Assembly: GCA_004556155.1 (NCBI GenBank)
Contig: SFIM01000001.1
Coordinates: 62,949 to 126,948, forward strand
Length of the DNA: 64,000 nucleotides
Direction: 5' to 3'
Source: Clostridiales bacterium
GTDB taxonomy: Bacteria; Bacillota; Clostridia; Christensenellales; Aristaeellaceae
Position numbers and translations under genes: made by a program. Below, piece by piece: positions 44,623-52,909 of the stretch; within the stretch, counting starts at the first letter, position 1, and each line of letters opens with the position of its first letter. The notes below the pieces were generated by a model. The model saw only the letters and a list, made by a program, of their open reading frames with translations. It was not told the origin of the DNA and did no database searches.

Positions 44623-45108
44623 ATGTCTGAAATCAAGCCCCTGAAAAATGTGGAGGTTTACTCCGACGGCGCATGCTCAGGCAATCCCGGCCCCGGCGGC
44701 TGGGCGGCCATCCTGTGCTTTGGTCCGCACGAAAAGGTGCTCAGCGGCAACATGCCCCACACCACCAACAACCGCATGGAGGTGTTCGCCGTCATCAGTG
44801 CCCTGGGCGCGCTCAAGGAGCGCTGCCATGTGCGCGTACACTCCGATTCCACCTATGTGGTCAACGCTTTCCAGCAGGGCTGGCTGGCCAATTGGCAGCG
44901 CCGCGGCTGGAAAACATCGGACGGCAAGCCTGTTGAAAATCAGGATTTATGGCGGCTGATGGCCATCGTGGTCAAAAAGCACGAGGTGGAGTTTATCAAG
45001 GTGCCCGGCCATGCGGATTGCGAGGAAAATAACCGCTGCGATGCGCTGGCCCGCGCGGAGATTGATAAATTCCGCAAGATCAATCCCGATGCGGCTCCGC
45101 AGACATAA
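44623..45108 (+). CDS. rnhA: ribonuclease HI
   Basis: VEVYSDGACSGNPGPGGWAAIL...TNNRMEVFAVI...HSDSTYV...VPGHADCEENNRCDALA (DEDD residues). Confidence 0.93.
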   Translation: MSEIKPLKNVEVYSDGACSGNPGPGGWAAILCFGPHEKVLSGNMPHTTNNRMEVFAVISALGALKERCHVRVHSDSTYVVNAFQQGWLANWQRRGWKTSDGKPVENQDLWRLMAIVVKKHEVEFIKVPGHADCEENNRCDALARAEIDKFRKINPDAAPQT

Positions 45109-45126
45109 CATGTAAAAATAAGAGTG

Positions 45127-45161
45127 AAAAGCTGGCTGGAAGCAATATCCAGCCAGCTTTT
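45127..45161 (+). terminator. rnhA terminator
   Basis: AAAAGCTGGCTGGA-agcaat-TCCAGCCAGCTTTT. Confidence 0.8.
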
Positions 45162-45236
45162 GCGTGCTTTTGCAGAAATGCCGCAGGACACGCTGATCGA
45201 AGATCAGCGCCGGGCTGGCAAAGCCAGACCGAAGGG

Positions 45237-45290
45237 AAAAAGCAAAACGCCAGAATGGAGCTTGCTCCAACTCTGACGTTTTGCTTTTTT
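45237..45290. terminator. compound bidirectional hairpin (ends the plsY transcript)
   Basis: AAAAAGCAAAACG (45237-45249)/CGTTTTGCTTTTT (45277-45289), enclosing an inner GGAGC-TT-GCTCC hairpin. Confidence 0.6.
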
Positions 45291-45323
45291 CTGTCCTGCA
45301 AATGCAGACTGTGTATTCTCTTT

Positions 45324-45404
45324 CAGCTTTCAATCATGATCTTTTACGCCACACGCAGGTTCTTTGTTACTTTCTTTCCTAAAGAAAGTAACGTTTTCTC
45401 CCCC
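45324..45404 (+). repeat. dispersed ~80-nt hairpin element, copy E1 (abuts the plsY stop)
   Basis: CAGCTTTCAATCATGATCTTTTACGCCACACGCAGGTTCTTT-GTTACTTTCTTT-cct-AAAGAAAGTAAC-GTTTTCTCCCCC, a 12-bp stem (45366-45377/45381-45392). Homologous to 55872-55951. Confidence 0.7.
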
Positions 45405-46013
45405 TTACGCCTTGTTTTCTTCCTTCTGGCCGATTTTGCGCTCGGTGCCGTTCTTCAGGCGTTGGAGGTTGCCCCAGTGCCGCCAAATAGCGATCAGCGC
45501 CAGCGCAATGGCCCATACGCCGGCGGGCCAAAGCCCCTTGAATACGCTGACCAGAATGGCATAGGAAATCACCAGCACCATGCTGCCCAGCGATATGTAC
45601 CTGGTCAGCACGATGGTGAGGATATCCAGCAGCACCGCCGGAATGCCCAGCACCGGGAATGCAAATACAAACACGCCCGTGCAGCAGGCAATGCCCTTGC
45701 CGCCCTTAAACCCAAAGTATAGCGGCCAGTTGTGACCGATGATAGCGAAAAAGCCCGCCGCCATCGCGCCGTTCTGCCCGGCGATCAAGCGCCCCAGCAG
45801 CACCGCGCCGATGGCCTTGGCGCAGTCAAAGATAAACGTAATGGTGCCCGCGTTCATGCCGTAAATGCGCAGCATGTTGCTGGCACCCGGATTTTTGCTG
45901 CCGTGGCGGCGAATATCGCTGCCCAGCAGATGCGAATACAGGATGCCCGCCGATACGCTGCCCAGCAGATAGCCGATTACCGCGCAGAGAAGCAATGAAG
46001 GAAGCTGTTCCAT
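45405..46013 (-). CDS. plsY: glycerol-3-phosphate acyltransferase PlsY
   Basis: GSKNPGASNMLR, IGHNWPLYFGFKGGKG motifs; polytopic. Confidence 0.95.
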   Translation of the reverse strand: MEQLPSLLLCAVIGYLLGSVSAGILYSHLLGSDIRRHGSKNPGASNMLRIYGMNAGTITFIFDCAKAIGAVLLGRLIAGQNGAMAAGFFAIIGHNWPLYFGFKGGKGIACCTGVFVFAFPVLGIPAVLLDILTIVLTRYISLGSMVLVISYAILVSVFKGLWPAGVWAIALALIAIWRHWGNLQRLKNGTERKIGQKEENKA

Positions 46014-46015
46014 GA

Positions 46016-47362
46016 TTAGCCGTTCTCCTTGGCCCTTTCACGAAGGGCGAAACGAATAGGCGTGCCGGAAAAGCCGAAGGCCTTGCGCAGCTGGTTTTCC
46101 AGGTAACGCTGATAAGCAAAGTGCATCAGCGATTCATCGTTGACAAACAGCGCAAAGGTGGGGGGACAGGCCGAAATCTGCGTGCCGTAGTACACCTTCA
46201 GCCTGCGTCCGCCGGTCATGGGCGGCTGCAGGGCAATCTGCGCGTCGCCCAGTACATCGTTGAGCAGACCCGTGGGGATGCGCTTGCTGGTCTGCGCATA
46301 GGCCTGATCCACCGCGTCCAGCACCGTGTTTACGCGCTGCCCCGTCAGGGCGGAAATAAACAACACCGGCGCGTAATCCATAAATTTCAGGTCGTCCAGC
46401 ACCTTCTTGCGGAATTTTTCCAGCGTGCCGGTATCCTTTTCAGGAATGTCCCACTTGTTGACTACCACAATGACGGCCTTGCCTTCTTCGGCGATGATCC
46501 CCGCAATCTTGGTATCCTGCTCGGTTACGCCGTCTACCGCGTCGATCACCAGCAGCGCCACGTCGCAGCGGCGGATGGCGGCAATGGCGCGCAGCACGCT
46601 GTAGCGCTCCAGGGACTGATCCTCCACCGCGCGCTTGCGGCGGATGCCGGCGGTATCGATGATGTTGTAGCGGCCGCCGTACTGGCTTTCAAAGTGCGTG
46701 TCGATGGCGTCGCGCGTGGTGCCGGGAATATCGCTGACCATCACGCGCTCCTGGCCAAGCAGGCGGTTGGTCAGGCTGCTTTTGCCCACATTGGGGCGAC
46801 CCACCAGCGCCAGCTGGATTTCGTGCAGGCCGTTTTCGTCCTCTTCCTCATCCTCGCGCTTGGGGGGCAGAAGCTTGACGATTTCATCCAGCAGATCGCC
46901 CAGACCCAGCATGTTGGCGGCGGAAATGCCCACCGGCTCACCCAGACCCAGGGCGTAGTATTCGTACAATACGTCGTTAAGCCCGGCGTAATCCAGCTTG
47001 TTTACCACCAGGATGACGGGCTTGCGCGTGCGGCGAAGCAGCGAGGCCACTTCCTCGTCGTCGCGGGTCAGGCCGTCGCGCGCATCGCAGAAAAAGCAGA
47101 TCACATCAGCCATTTCGATGGCGATTTCCGCCTGCCGGCGCATCTGGGACAGCAGCACGTCATCGCTGCGCGGGTCGATGCCGCCCGTGTCGATCAGCGT
47201 AAACTCGCGGCCCGTCCACTCCACATCGGCGTAGATGCGGTCGCGCGTAACGCCGGGGGTATCCTCCACGATGGCCACGCGATGGCCGGCAATTTTATTG
47301 AAAAAGGTGGATTTGCCCACGTTGGGGCGGCCCACGATGGCAACAAGGGGTTTGGTGGTCAT
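46016..47362 (-). CDS. der: ribosome-biogenesis GTPase Der (EngA), two G domains plus KH
   Basis: IVGRPNVGKSTFFN and LVGRPNVGKSSLTN P-loops, DTGG/DTAG, NKLD/NKWD. Confidence 0.96.
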   Translation of the reverse strand: MTTKPLVAIVGRPNVGKSTFFNKIAGHRVAIVEDTPGVTRDRIYADVEWTGREFTLIDTGGIDPRSDDVLLSQMRRQAEIAIEMADVICFFCDARDGLTRDDEEVASLLRRTRKPVILVVNKLDYAGLNDVLYEYYALGLGEPVGISAANMLGLGDLLDEIVKLLPPKREDEEEDENGLHEIQLALVGRPNVGKSSLTNRLLGQERVMVSDIPGTTRDAIDTHFESQYGGRYNIIDTAGIRRKRAVEDQSLERYSVLRAIAAIRRCDVALLVIDAVDGVTEQDTKIAGIIAEEGKAVIVVVNKWDIPEKDTGTLEKFRKKVLDDLKFMDYAPVLFISALTGQRVNTVLDAVDQAYAQTSKRIPTGLLNDVLGDAQIALQPPMTGGRRLKVYYGTQISACPPTFALFVNDESLMHFAYQRYLENQLRKAFGFSGTPIRFALRERAKENG

Positions 47363-48678
47363 GTTGACTCCTTTTCTATATCGCCAAGCAGCGATTGGTA
47401 CAGCGCCGCGCCGCTGTTGGCGGACATGCGCACAGGGAAGGGCAGCATGCGGCGAAACTCATCCAGAGAAAGATCATCCAGAAACAGATCGCCCTCGGCG
47501 CGCAGGGTGACGCTGCACAAAAGCATTTCGTCCACGTCCGCGTCCTTGGTCTGGGCCACGATATCACGCCCGGTCAACAGCCCGGTGACGGTGACGGTAT
47601 CGCCGAAGAAATGGTTGGTAATGGCCTGCACTGTAACGTCCACGCCCGGCGGGCCGTACTGCGCAATCCAGCGGCGCATATACGGGGCGATGCTGCGGCC
47701 GCAGGGGATAAGGATGCGGCGATGCTGCGCCTGAACGCCCGCGGGCGCCGCGTCGTGCGCGGCGATGAATGCAGTGAGAAACTGCCGCATCAGACCCACG
47801 CCGTTTTCAATCTGCGGGAAGCCCTCGTAGTAATCCTCATCCGGGATATCGCGCCCGGCGATGCACAGCATTTCGTCCGAGGGGAAAACGAACTTGCTGC
47901 CGCACAAATCCATAAACCGATCCTGCCATTTTTTGCAGATGGCCAGCACTTCCTCGGCCTCTTCCTTGGTGTAGGGGCGCAGAGGATAAAGATGCTCGCG
48001 GAACTTGGTCAGCCCCACGGGCACCAGCGCGGCGCTCTGCGCGGCGGGATGCAGGGTAAACAGCGTTTGCAGGGTATCCTCCAGCACCGCGCCGTCGTTA
48101 ATGCCGGGACACAGCACGATCTGGCAGTGGAACTTGATGCCGTGCTCTTTAAACTGCCGCAGCCTGGGCAGCAGCTTTGCCGCGTCGGGGTTCTTCATCA
48201 TTTTGACGCGCACGGCCGGATCAGTGGCGTGAACGGAGATGAACAGCGGGCTGGCCCTGCGGCGCAGGATGCGGTCAAACTCCTGGTCGTCCACGTTGGT
48301 CAGCGTGATAAAGTTGCCCATCATCAGCGACATGCGCCAGTCGTCATCCTTGACATACAGCGTCTTGCGGCAGGCGGGCGGCATCTGATCGATGAAGCAG
48401 AACATGCACTTGTTTTTGCATACGCGCGGGGTGCACGCCATGCTTTCGCCAAAGTCCAGCCCCAGGGGAATGCCGGCAGGCTTGACCAGCTCCAGCTGCC
48501 AGTCGCGGCCGTCCGCCTTGCGAACGTGCAGAATCAGATGGCGTCTGGCCGACAGCGCCTCATAATCGATCTGGTCGATGATCTCCTCGCCGTTGATGGC
48601 CAGCAGGGTATCGCCCTCGCGCAGGCCGTGGCGCAGCGCCGGGCTGCCGGGCTCCACATGCGTAATCAGATGCTCCAA
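47359..48678 (-). CDS. DUF512 radical-SAM-like protein with N-terminal PDZ domain
   Basis: PDZ (GSPALRHGLREGDTLLAINGEEI), CKNKCMFCF cluster motif. Conserved position upstream of der in Firmicutes. TTG start 48678 after GGAGGAG. Confidence 0.82.
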   Translation of the reverse strand: MEHLITHVEPGSPALRHGLREGDTLLAINGEEIIDQIDYEALSARRHLILHVRKADGRDWQLELVKPAGIPLGLDFGESMACTPRVCKNKCMFCFIDQMPPACRKTLYVKDDDWRMSLMMGNFITLTNVDDQEFDRILRRRASPLFISVHATDPAVRVKMMKNPDAAKLLPRLRQFKEHGIKFHCQIVLCPGINDGAVLEDTLQTLFTLHPAAQSAALVPVGLTKFREHLYPLRPYTKEEAEEVLAICKKWQDRFMDLCGSKFVFPSDEMLCIAGRDIPDEDYYEGFPQIENGVGLMRQFLTAFIAAHDAAPAGVQAQHRRILIPCGRSIAPYMRRWIAQYGPPGVDVTVQAITNHFFGDTVTVTGLLTGRDIVAQTKDADVDEMLLCSVTLRAEGDLFLDDLSLDEFRRMLPFPVRMSANSGAALYQSLLGDIEKEST

Positions 48679-48788
48679 GGTACATGCTCCTCCATTCTTA
48701 TATATTATCGTCTAATTCGGCGCGATTGTCAAGAAAGAGCCACCTTATTGCTGACGCTTTTGTTTTTTGCTTTTTGCCTTTTCTTCTC

Positions 48789-48819
48789 TTGTTTCTCAAG
48801 CGGCTTGAGCCGCTATAAT
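48789..48819 (+). promoter_or_regulatory. MerR-type promoter (19-nt spacer containing a perfect dyad)
   Basis: TTGTTT (48789-48794), 19 nt spacer, TATAAT (48814-48819). The spacer holds CTCAAGC-g-GCTTGAG (48795-48809). A second dyad, GCGGTT-t-AACCGC, lies at 48827-48839 in the 5' UTR. Confidence 0.6.
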
Positions 48820-48864
48820 ACTTCACGCGGTTTAACCGCAAATTTTTTAACGGAGGAAACTCAC

Positions 48865-51159
48865 ATGAAACGGGTTCTGTCCATCTTGCTTTGTCTGATG
48901 CTCTGCATACCAGCCGCGGCCGCGTTTGCAGAGGAAAGCTCCGCCGTCGCGCAGGGGTTCGGCGGAGAAGTCCGCGTAACCGTCTCCATACAGAACGGCA
49001 AAATCATCAGCGTTACCGCCACGGGCGAAAACGAGACTCCTGGCGTCGGTTCACGCGCCATTGAACAGCTGCCGAAAATGATTCTCGCCGCGCAATCCGC
49101 CGATATCGACGCATTGTCCGGCTGCACCGTCAGCAGCAATGCGGTACTCAAGGCCGCGAAGGAGGCCATCGCAGCCGCCAGCGGCACAGAAACCGCCGCC
49201 GCGCAAGTCATCATGACGCCCGGAACATATACCGGCCGTGGCGCCGGCTACGGCATTATCGGCCAGCTGGCGCTGGATGTAACGGTCGACGAAACCTCGA
49301 TTGTTTCCATCACCGTCAACGACCCCAACCGTGAAACGGCCAACATTTTCCAGGCGGCCGTCGATCTGCTGATTCCGCGCATTGTGGGAAACCAGTCCCT
49401 GTCTGTGGATGCGGTCTGCGGCGCAACCAGTTCGAGCAACGGCATCAAGGCCGCCGTAGCCGACGCGTTAACCCAGGCTCTCTCAGCTGCCGGAACGGAC
49501 GCTTCCGCGCTGGACAACTTCTATAAGCCCATCGAGAAAAATGCCGCCGCGCATGAAACGATCAACGTGGACGTCGTCGTGGTCGGCATGGGTGCCGCAG
49601 GCTGCGCAGCCGCAATGTCCGTCGCGGAAGAACAGGCCGCAAACGGTACGGAGGTAAGCGTTCTGGCAATCGAGCAGGCCGGTCTCTACGGCGGCACTTC
49701 ATCGCTGACCGGCTCACCCATGGGCGTAAACCCCACCGAATACAAGACTGAATATAACGGCGGCGAAGACTATGTCGACGCCGAAGCGTTCCGTCAGGAT
49801 TGGTACGCCTACGCTGACGGAGACGCCAAGACCGAAATGATCGACCTTTTCATCGACAACTCCGGCGACACCATCGACTGGCTTGTCTACGACCACGGCT
49901 TCTGGTTCTGCCAGCCGCGCAAGGAAAAGGAAACCGAATTCCGCGTCTGCATGGATTTCGTTTTCGATGGCAAGAAGGAAAAAGGCTACGAATACCCCCG
50001 CGCGTTCGGCAACCGTGTCGAAGCCGTCAGTTCCTACTTTGATCAGCTGGTCGCCGACTATACCGCGCTGGGCGGCCGGTACATGCTGGAAACCAAGGGT
50101 ACGGGCTATCTCACCGATGAAACCGGCTCCAAAGTAACCGGCGTGCGTGCCATAGGCAGCGACGGCACGGAATATACAATCAACGCGGGCGCGGTTATCA
50201 TCGCAACCGGCGGCTTCGCCGCCAATAAAAATATGATGGAGCGCTACGTTACCGAACCGACCGGCGTTGCCACGAGCTGGCCGATCTTCGGCTACACCAT
50301 CAACGACGGTGCGATGATCGAGGCTGCGATCGACGATCTGAACGCGGGCGTATACAACATCGACATGGTTCCCGTCTCGCACTACAATTCCATCGCTTCC
50401 ATCATGAAGGACTACCCCGTAACCATTATTTCCGATAAGCTGGACAGCCGCTGGAACTATCCGCGCACCAAGTCCCTCAACGACGTGCCCATGAGCTTCG
50501 CCATTGAGCCGGACGGCCTGTGGATTTCCGCGCAGGGCAAGCGTACGGTAAACGAAGCCGCGTTCCATGTTTCCTGGAAACTCGGTGCAAACTACTGGTC
50601 CCTCTGGGGGCAGGATACCATCGACACTTTCCGCGAGAACGGCTTCCCGACCGTCACCAGTACCCGCGCGTTCGGACAGGGCGGATTTGACGCGAACACA
50701 CCAATTCCGGAAATGGATGAAATTCTGAGCAAGTGCATCGACATGGGCACGCTGTATAAAGCCTCCAGCGTGGAAGAGCTCGCCGGAATGATCGGTGTGG
50801 ACACTGAAACGCTCGTCGCCGTCATCGCGGACTACAACGCTGCATGCGAATCCGGCGTGGATGCCATGGGCAAGGACGCGCAGTACCTCCACCCCATTAC
50901 CGGCGAAAACCTTTACGCATTCAAGTGCATTAACTACACCTACGGTACCGACGGCGGCCTGGACGTCGATCTGGATCTGAACGTGCTCCGCACGGACGGC
51001 AGCAAGATCGAGGGGCTGTATGCAACCGGCTACGATTGCTCCGGCGTGCTGTACAACTCCAACAAGTCTTACGTCGATTACGGCGGTTCTGCATTGGGCT
51101 GGGCATTCACTTCCGGCCGTCTGGCCGGCGAAAACGCCGTCCGCTACATCGCCGAATAA
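48865..51159 (+). CDS. secreted flavoprotein reductase: two FMN_bind domains plus an FAD-dependent oxidoreductase domain
   Basis: ATG 48865 after GGAGGAA. Signal peptide MKRVLSILLCLMLCIPAAAAFA. FMN_bind flavinylation-type motifs DALSGCTVSS and DAVCGATSSS. DVVVVGMGAAGCAAA dinucleotide fold. The first 490 codons of track ORF 47395-51159 are an antisense artefact. Confidence 0.85.
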   Translation: MKRVLSILLCLMLCIPAAAAFAEESSAVAQGFGGEVRVTVSIQNGKIISVTATGENETPGVGSRAIEQLPKMILAAQSADIDALSGCTVSSNAVLKAAKEAIAAASGTETAAAQVIMTPGTYTGRGAGYGIIGQLALDVTVDETSIVSITVNDPNRETANIFQAAVDLLIPRIVGNQSLSVDAVCGATSSSNGIKAAVADALTQALSAAGTDASALDNFYKPIEKNAAAHETINVDVVVVGMGAAGCAAAMSVAEEQAANGTEVSVLAIEQAGLYGGTSSLTGSPMGVNPTEYKTEYNGGEDYVDAEAFRQDWYAYADGDAKTEMIDLFIDNSGDTIDWLVYDHGFWFCQPRKEKETEFRVCMDFVFDGKKEKGYEYPRAFGNRVEAVSSYFDQLVADYTALGGRYMLETKGTGYLTDETGSKVTGVRAIGSDGTEYTINAGAVIIATGGFAANKNMMERYVTEPTGVATSWPIFGYTINDGAMIEAAIDDLNAGVYNIDMVPVSHYNSIASIMKDYPVTIISDKLDSRWNYPRTKSLNDVPMSFAIEPDGLWISAQGKRTVNEAAFHVSWKLGANYWSLWGQDTIDTFRENGFPTVTSTRAFGQGGFDANTPIPEMDEILSKCIDMGTLYKASSVEELAGMIGVDTETLVAVIADYNAACESGVDAMGKDAQYLHPITGENLYAFKCINYTYGTDGGLDVDLDLNVLRTDGSKIEGLYATGYDCSGVLYNSNKSYVDYGGSALGWAFTSGRLAGENAVRYIAE

Positions 51160-51180
51160 TCGCTTTCCAAATGCAAAAAG

Positions 51181-51210
51181 GGGCCGCTGGCTTTAATCTG
51201 CCAGCGGCCC
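51181..51210. terminator. bidirectional terminator shared by the reductase and merR-family genes
   Basis: GGGCCGCTGGC (51181-51191)/GCCAGCGGCCC (51200-51210), with AAAAAG upstream. The right arm overlaps the last codons of the MerR gene. Confidence 0.7.
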
Positions 51211-52020
51211 TGATTCTTTCAGCGGAAGAATCAACCTGAAATATGTGTTCTTTGTTCCTTTTTCGTGATAGCCAAACAGCGTCAACGCGAAACCCCAGCC
51301 TGCAAGCGACAGCCTTTTCTCCCGCACAAATTCCGCAATTTCCTCCGCACGCCCGCCGAAGGGATATTGAATGGATTCCCTGCGCACAATGCAGCTCACG
51401 CAACGCATGGGGCGCATTGTTTTTACCGGCGGCACCACGTCGATTCCAAGCGGCTCCACATATTGCAACGGCACATGGAACGCGTTGAAGTATTCGCTCT
51501 GCGGTTCGTCGGACAGCGCAAGATTTGAATAGACCGCCATATGGCGCACATGGAACAGATTCTCCGTCCATTGGCGCAGCCAGTTTTCGTTTACATCGGT
51601 ATGAAGGATATCATTTCCGTGATAAGGCAGATAGAAGCCGCCATGATAGTGCATCAGCTCCGCCTGCATTCTGCCGCTGCGCACGCGCATGACTTCCTCC
51701 GCCGCGCGGCGGCGCTCCGCAAGCCGGATTTCAACGCGCCGCAGCTCGCACTCGTCTGCGGCTATTTTTTGCCGCATCAATTCGTCGTATTCCTCAAGAG
51801 ACATATCGGAATACACCTGTTCAAGTTCCGAAACAGAAAACCCCTGATTGCGCATGGTGCGGATGCCCACCAGTTTGCGAACGTTGTCAATATCGTAATA
51901 CTGCACGGACGAATCCGGTGGCGTCGTAGAACGAATCAACCCCGTCTTTTCATAGTTGCGAATCGTTTCGCAGGAAACGCCGAAGAGTTTCGATACTTTT
52001 CCAATTTTATAATACTTCAT
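51193..52020 (-). CDS. MerR-family regulator with GyrI-like/effector-binding C-terminal domain (BmrR type)
   Basis: MKYYKIGKVSKLFGVSCETIRNYEKTGLI (MerR HTH), coiled-coil linker, ~150-aa C-terminal ligand domain. Confidence 0.88.
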   Translation of the reverse strand: MKYYKIGKVSKLFGVSCETIRNYEKTGLIRSTTPPDSSVQYYDIDNVRKLVGIRTMRNQGFSVSELEQVYSDMSLEEYDELMRQKIAADECELRRVEIRLAERRRAAEEVMRVRSGRMQAELMHYHGGFYLPYHGNDILHTDVNENWLRQWTENLFHVRHMAVYSNLALSDEPQSEYFNAFHVPLQYVEPLGIDVVPPVKTMRPMRCVSCIVRRESIQYPFGGRAEEIAEFVREKRLSLAGWGFALTLFGYHEKGTKNTYFRLILPLKESGPLAD

Positions 52021-52176
52021 TTTTCTTAGTTTTCATCCTATCGCTTAATTTCTCATTTTCTAAACGTAGACACAAAAAAACAATAAAAAGTATAGCACAT
52101 GGTTTGAGGCAATTCAAGGGGAGTTAATCAGAATTTCTGTATCCGCTGTATCCACCGCATTGTTGACGCTTTTCAA

Positions 52177-52205
52177 TCGACAAAACCCGCTGCGCATGCT
52201 ATAAT
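52177..52205 (+). promoter_or_regulatory. candidate promoter of the nucleotidyltransferase gene
   Basis: TCGACA (52177-52182), 17 nt spacer, TATAAT (52200-52205). Confidence 0.45.
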
Positions 52206-52235
52206 GAGCGCGAAATCAGGCGATTTGGAGGAAAA

Positions 52236-52850
52236 ATGGACGCGATTCTGGATTATCTTACGAATACCTATCATCCGCTGGCGATGATCGGCTACGGCTC
52301 CTATGCAAACGGTACGCAGAACGCGCAGAGCGATTTTGACGTGCTTTTGATTTGCAGGTCGTGCCCCTGCCGCCATGACGGCAGGGTGATTGACGGCGTT
52401 CGGCTGGACGCTGTGCTGCGCACGCCCCAGGAAGTGTTGGATGAAAACGCGCCGCAGGATTTGATTACTGTCCACGATGGCGTGATCCTTTTAGAGAATG
52501 AAAACCATATCGCGCAGGGTTTGATCGATCGGGTGCGCGTCTATGCCGCTGCCCACGCTGTGCGCGATGCGGACGAAAAGCGGCATCTGCGGCAATGGAG
52601 CCTGAAGATGCTGGAGCGCGCGGCGCGGGGGGACGCCGAGGGTCTGTACCGCGCGCATTGGCTGCTGACGGACAGCCTGGAGATCTATTGCGTGATGCGC
52701 GACCGGTATTATTTCGGGCCGAAAAAGACCATCCGCGCAATAGAAGCACAGGATCCCGCAGGCTACGCGCTGCTTGAAGGGGCGCTGCGTGACCTATCCT
52801 GCCTGCAAAAATGGACGGAATACGCATTGCAAACAACCGCCCATGTGTGA
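52236..52850 (+). CDS. Pol-beta-superfamily nucleotidyltransferase (KNTase/ANT-like layout)
   Basis: IGYGSYANGTQNAQSDFDVLL (GS...DxD NTase motif) followed by a helical C-terminal domain. Confidence 0.72.
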   Translation: MDAILDYLTNTYHPLAMIGYGSYANGTQNAQSDFDVLLICRSCPCRHDGRVIDGVRLDAVLRTPQEVLDENAPQDLITVHDGVILLENENHIAQGLIDRVRVYAAAHAVRDADEKRHLRQWSLKMLERAARGDAEGLYRAHWLLTDSLEIYCVMRDRYYFGPKKTIRAIEAQDPAGYALLEGALRDLSCLQKWTEYALQTTAHV

Positions 52851-52909
52851 TAAAATAATACGTAATTTCATCTGCGCGCCAGCCGCGCGCAATCAGGAGG
52901 CAATATTTC

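Noticed and set aside
47395-48864. First 490 codons of the 1254-aa track ORF 47395-51159
   Set aside because: This part is antisense to the DUF512 gene and reads as low-complexity Ala/Gly/Arg/Gln sequence. A strong RBS, ATG and signal peptide at 48865 mark the true start of the reductase.
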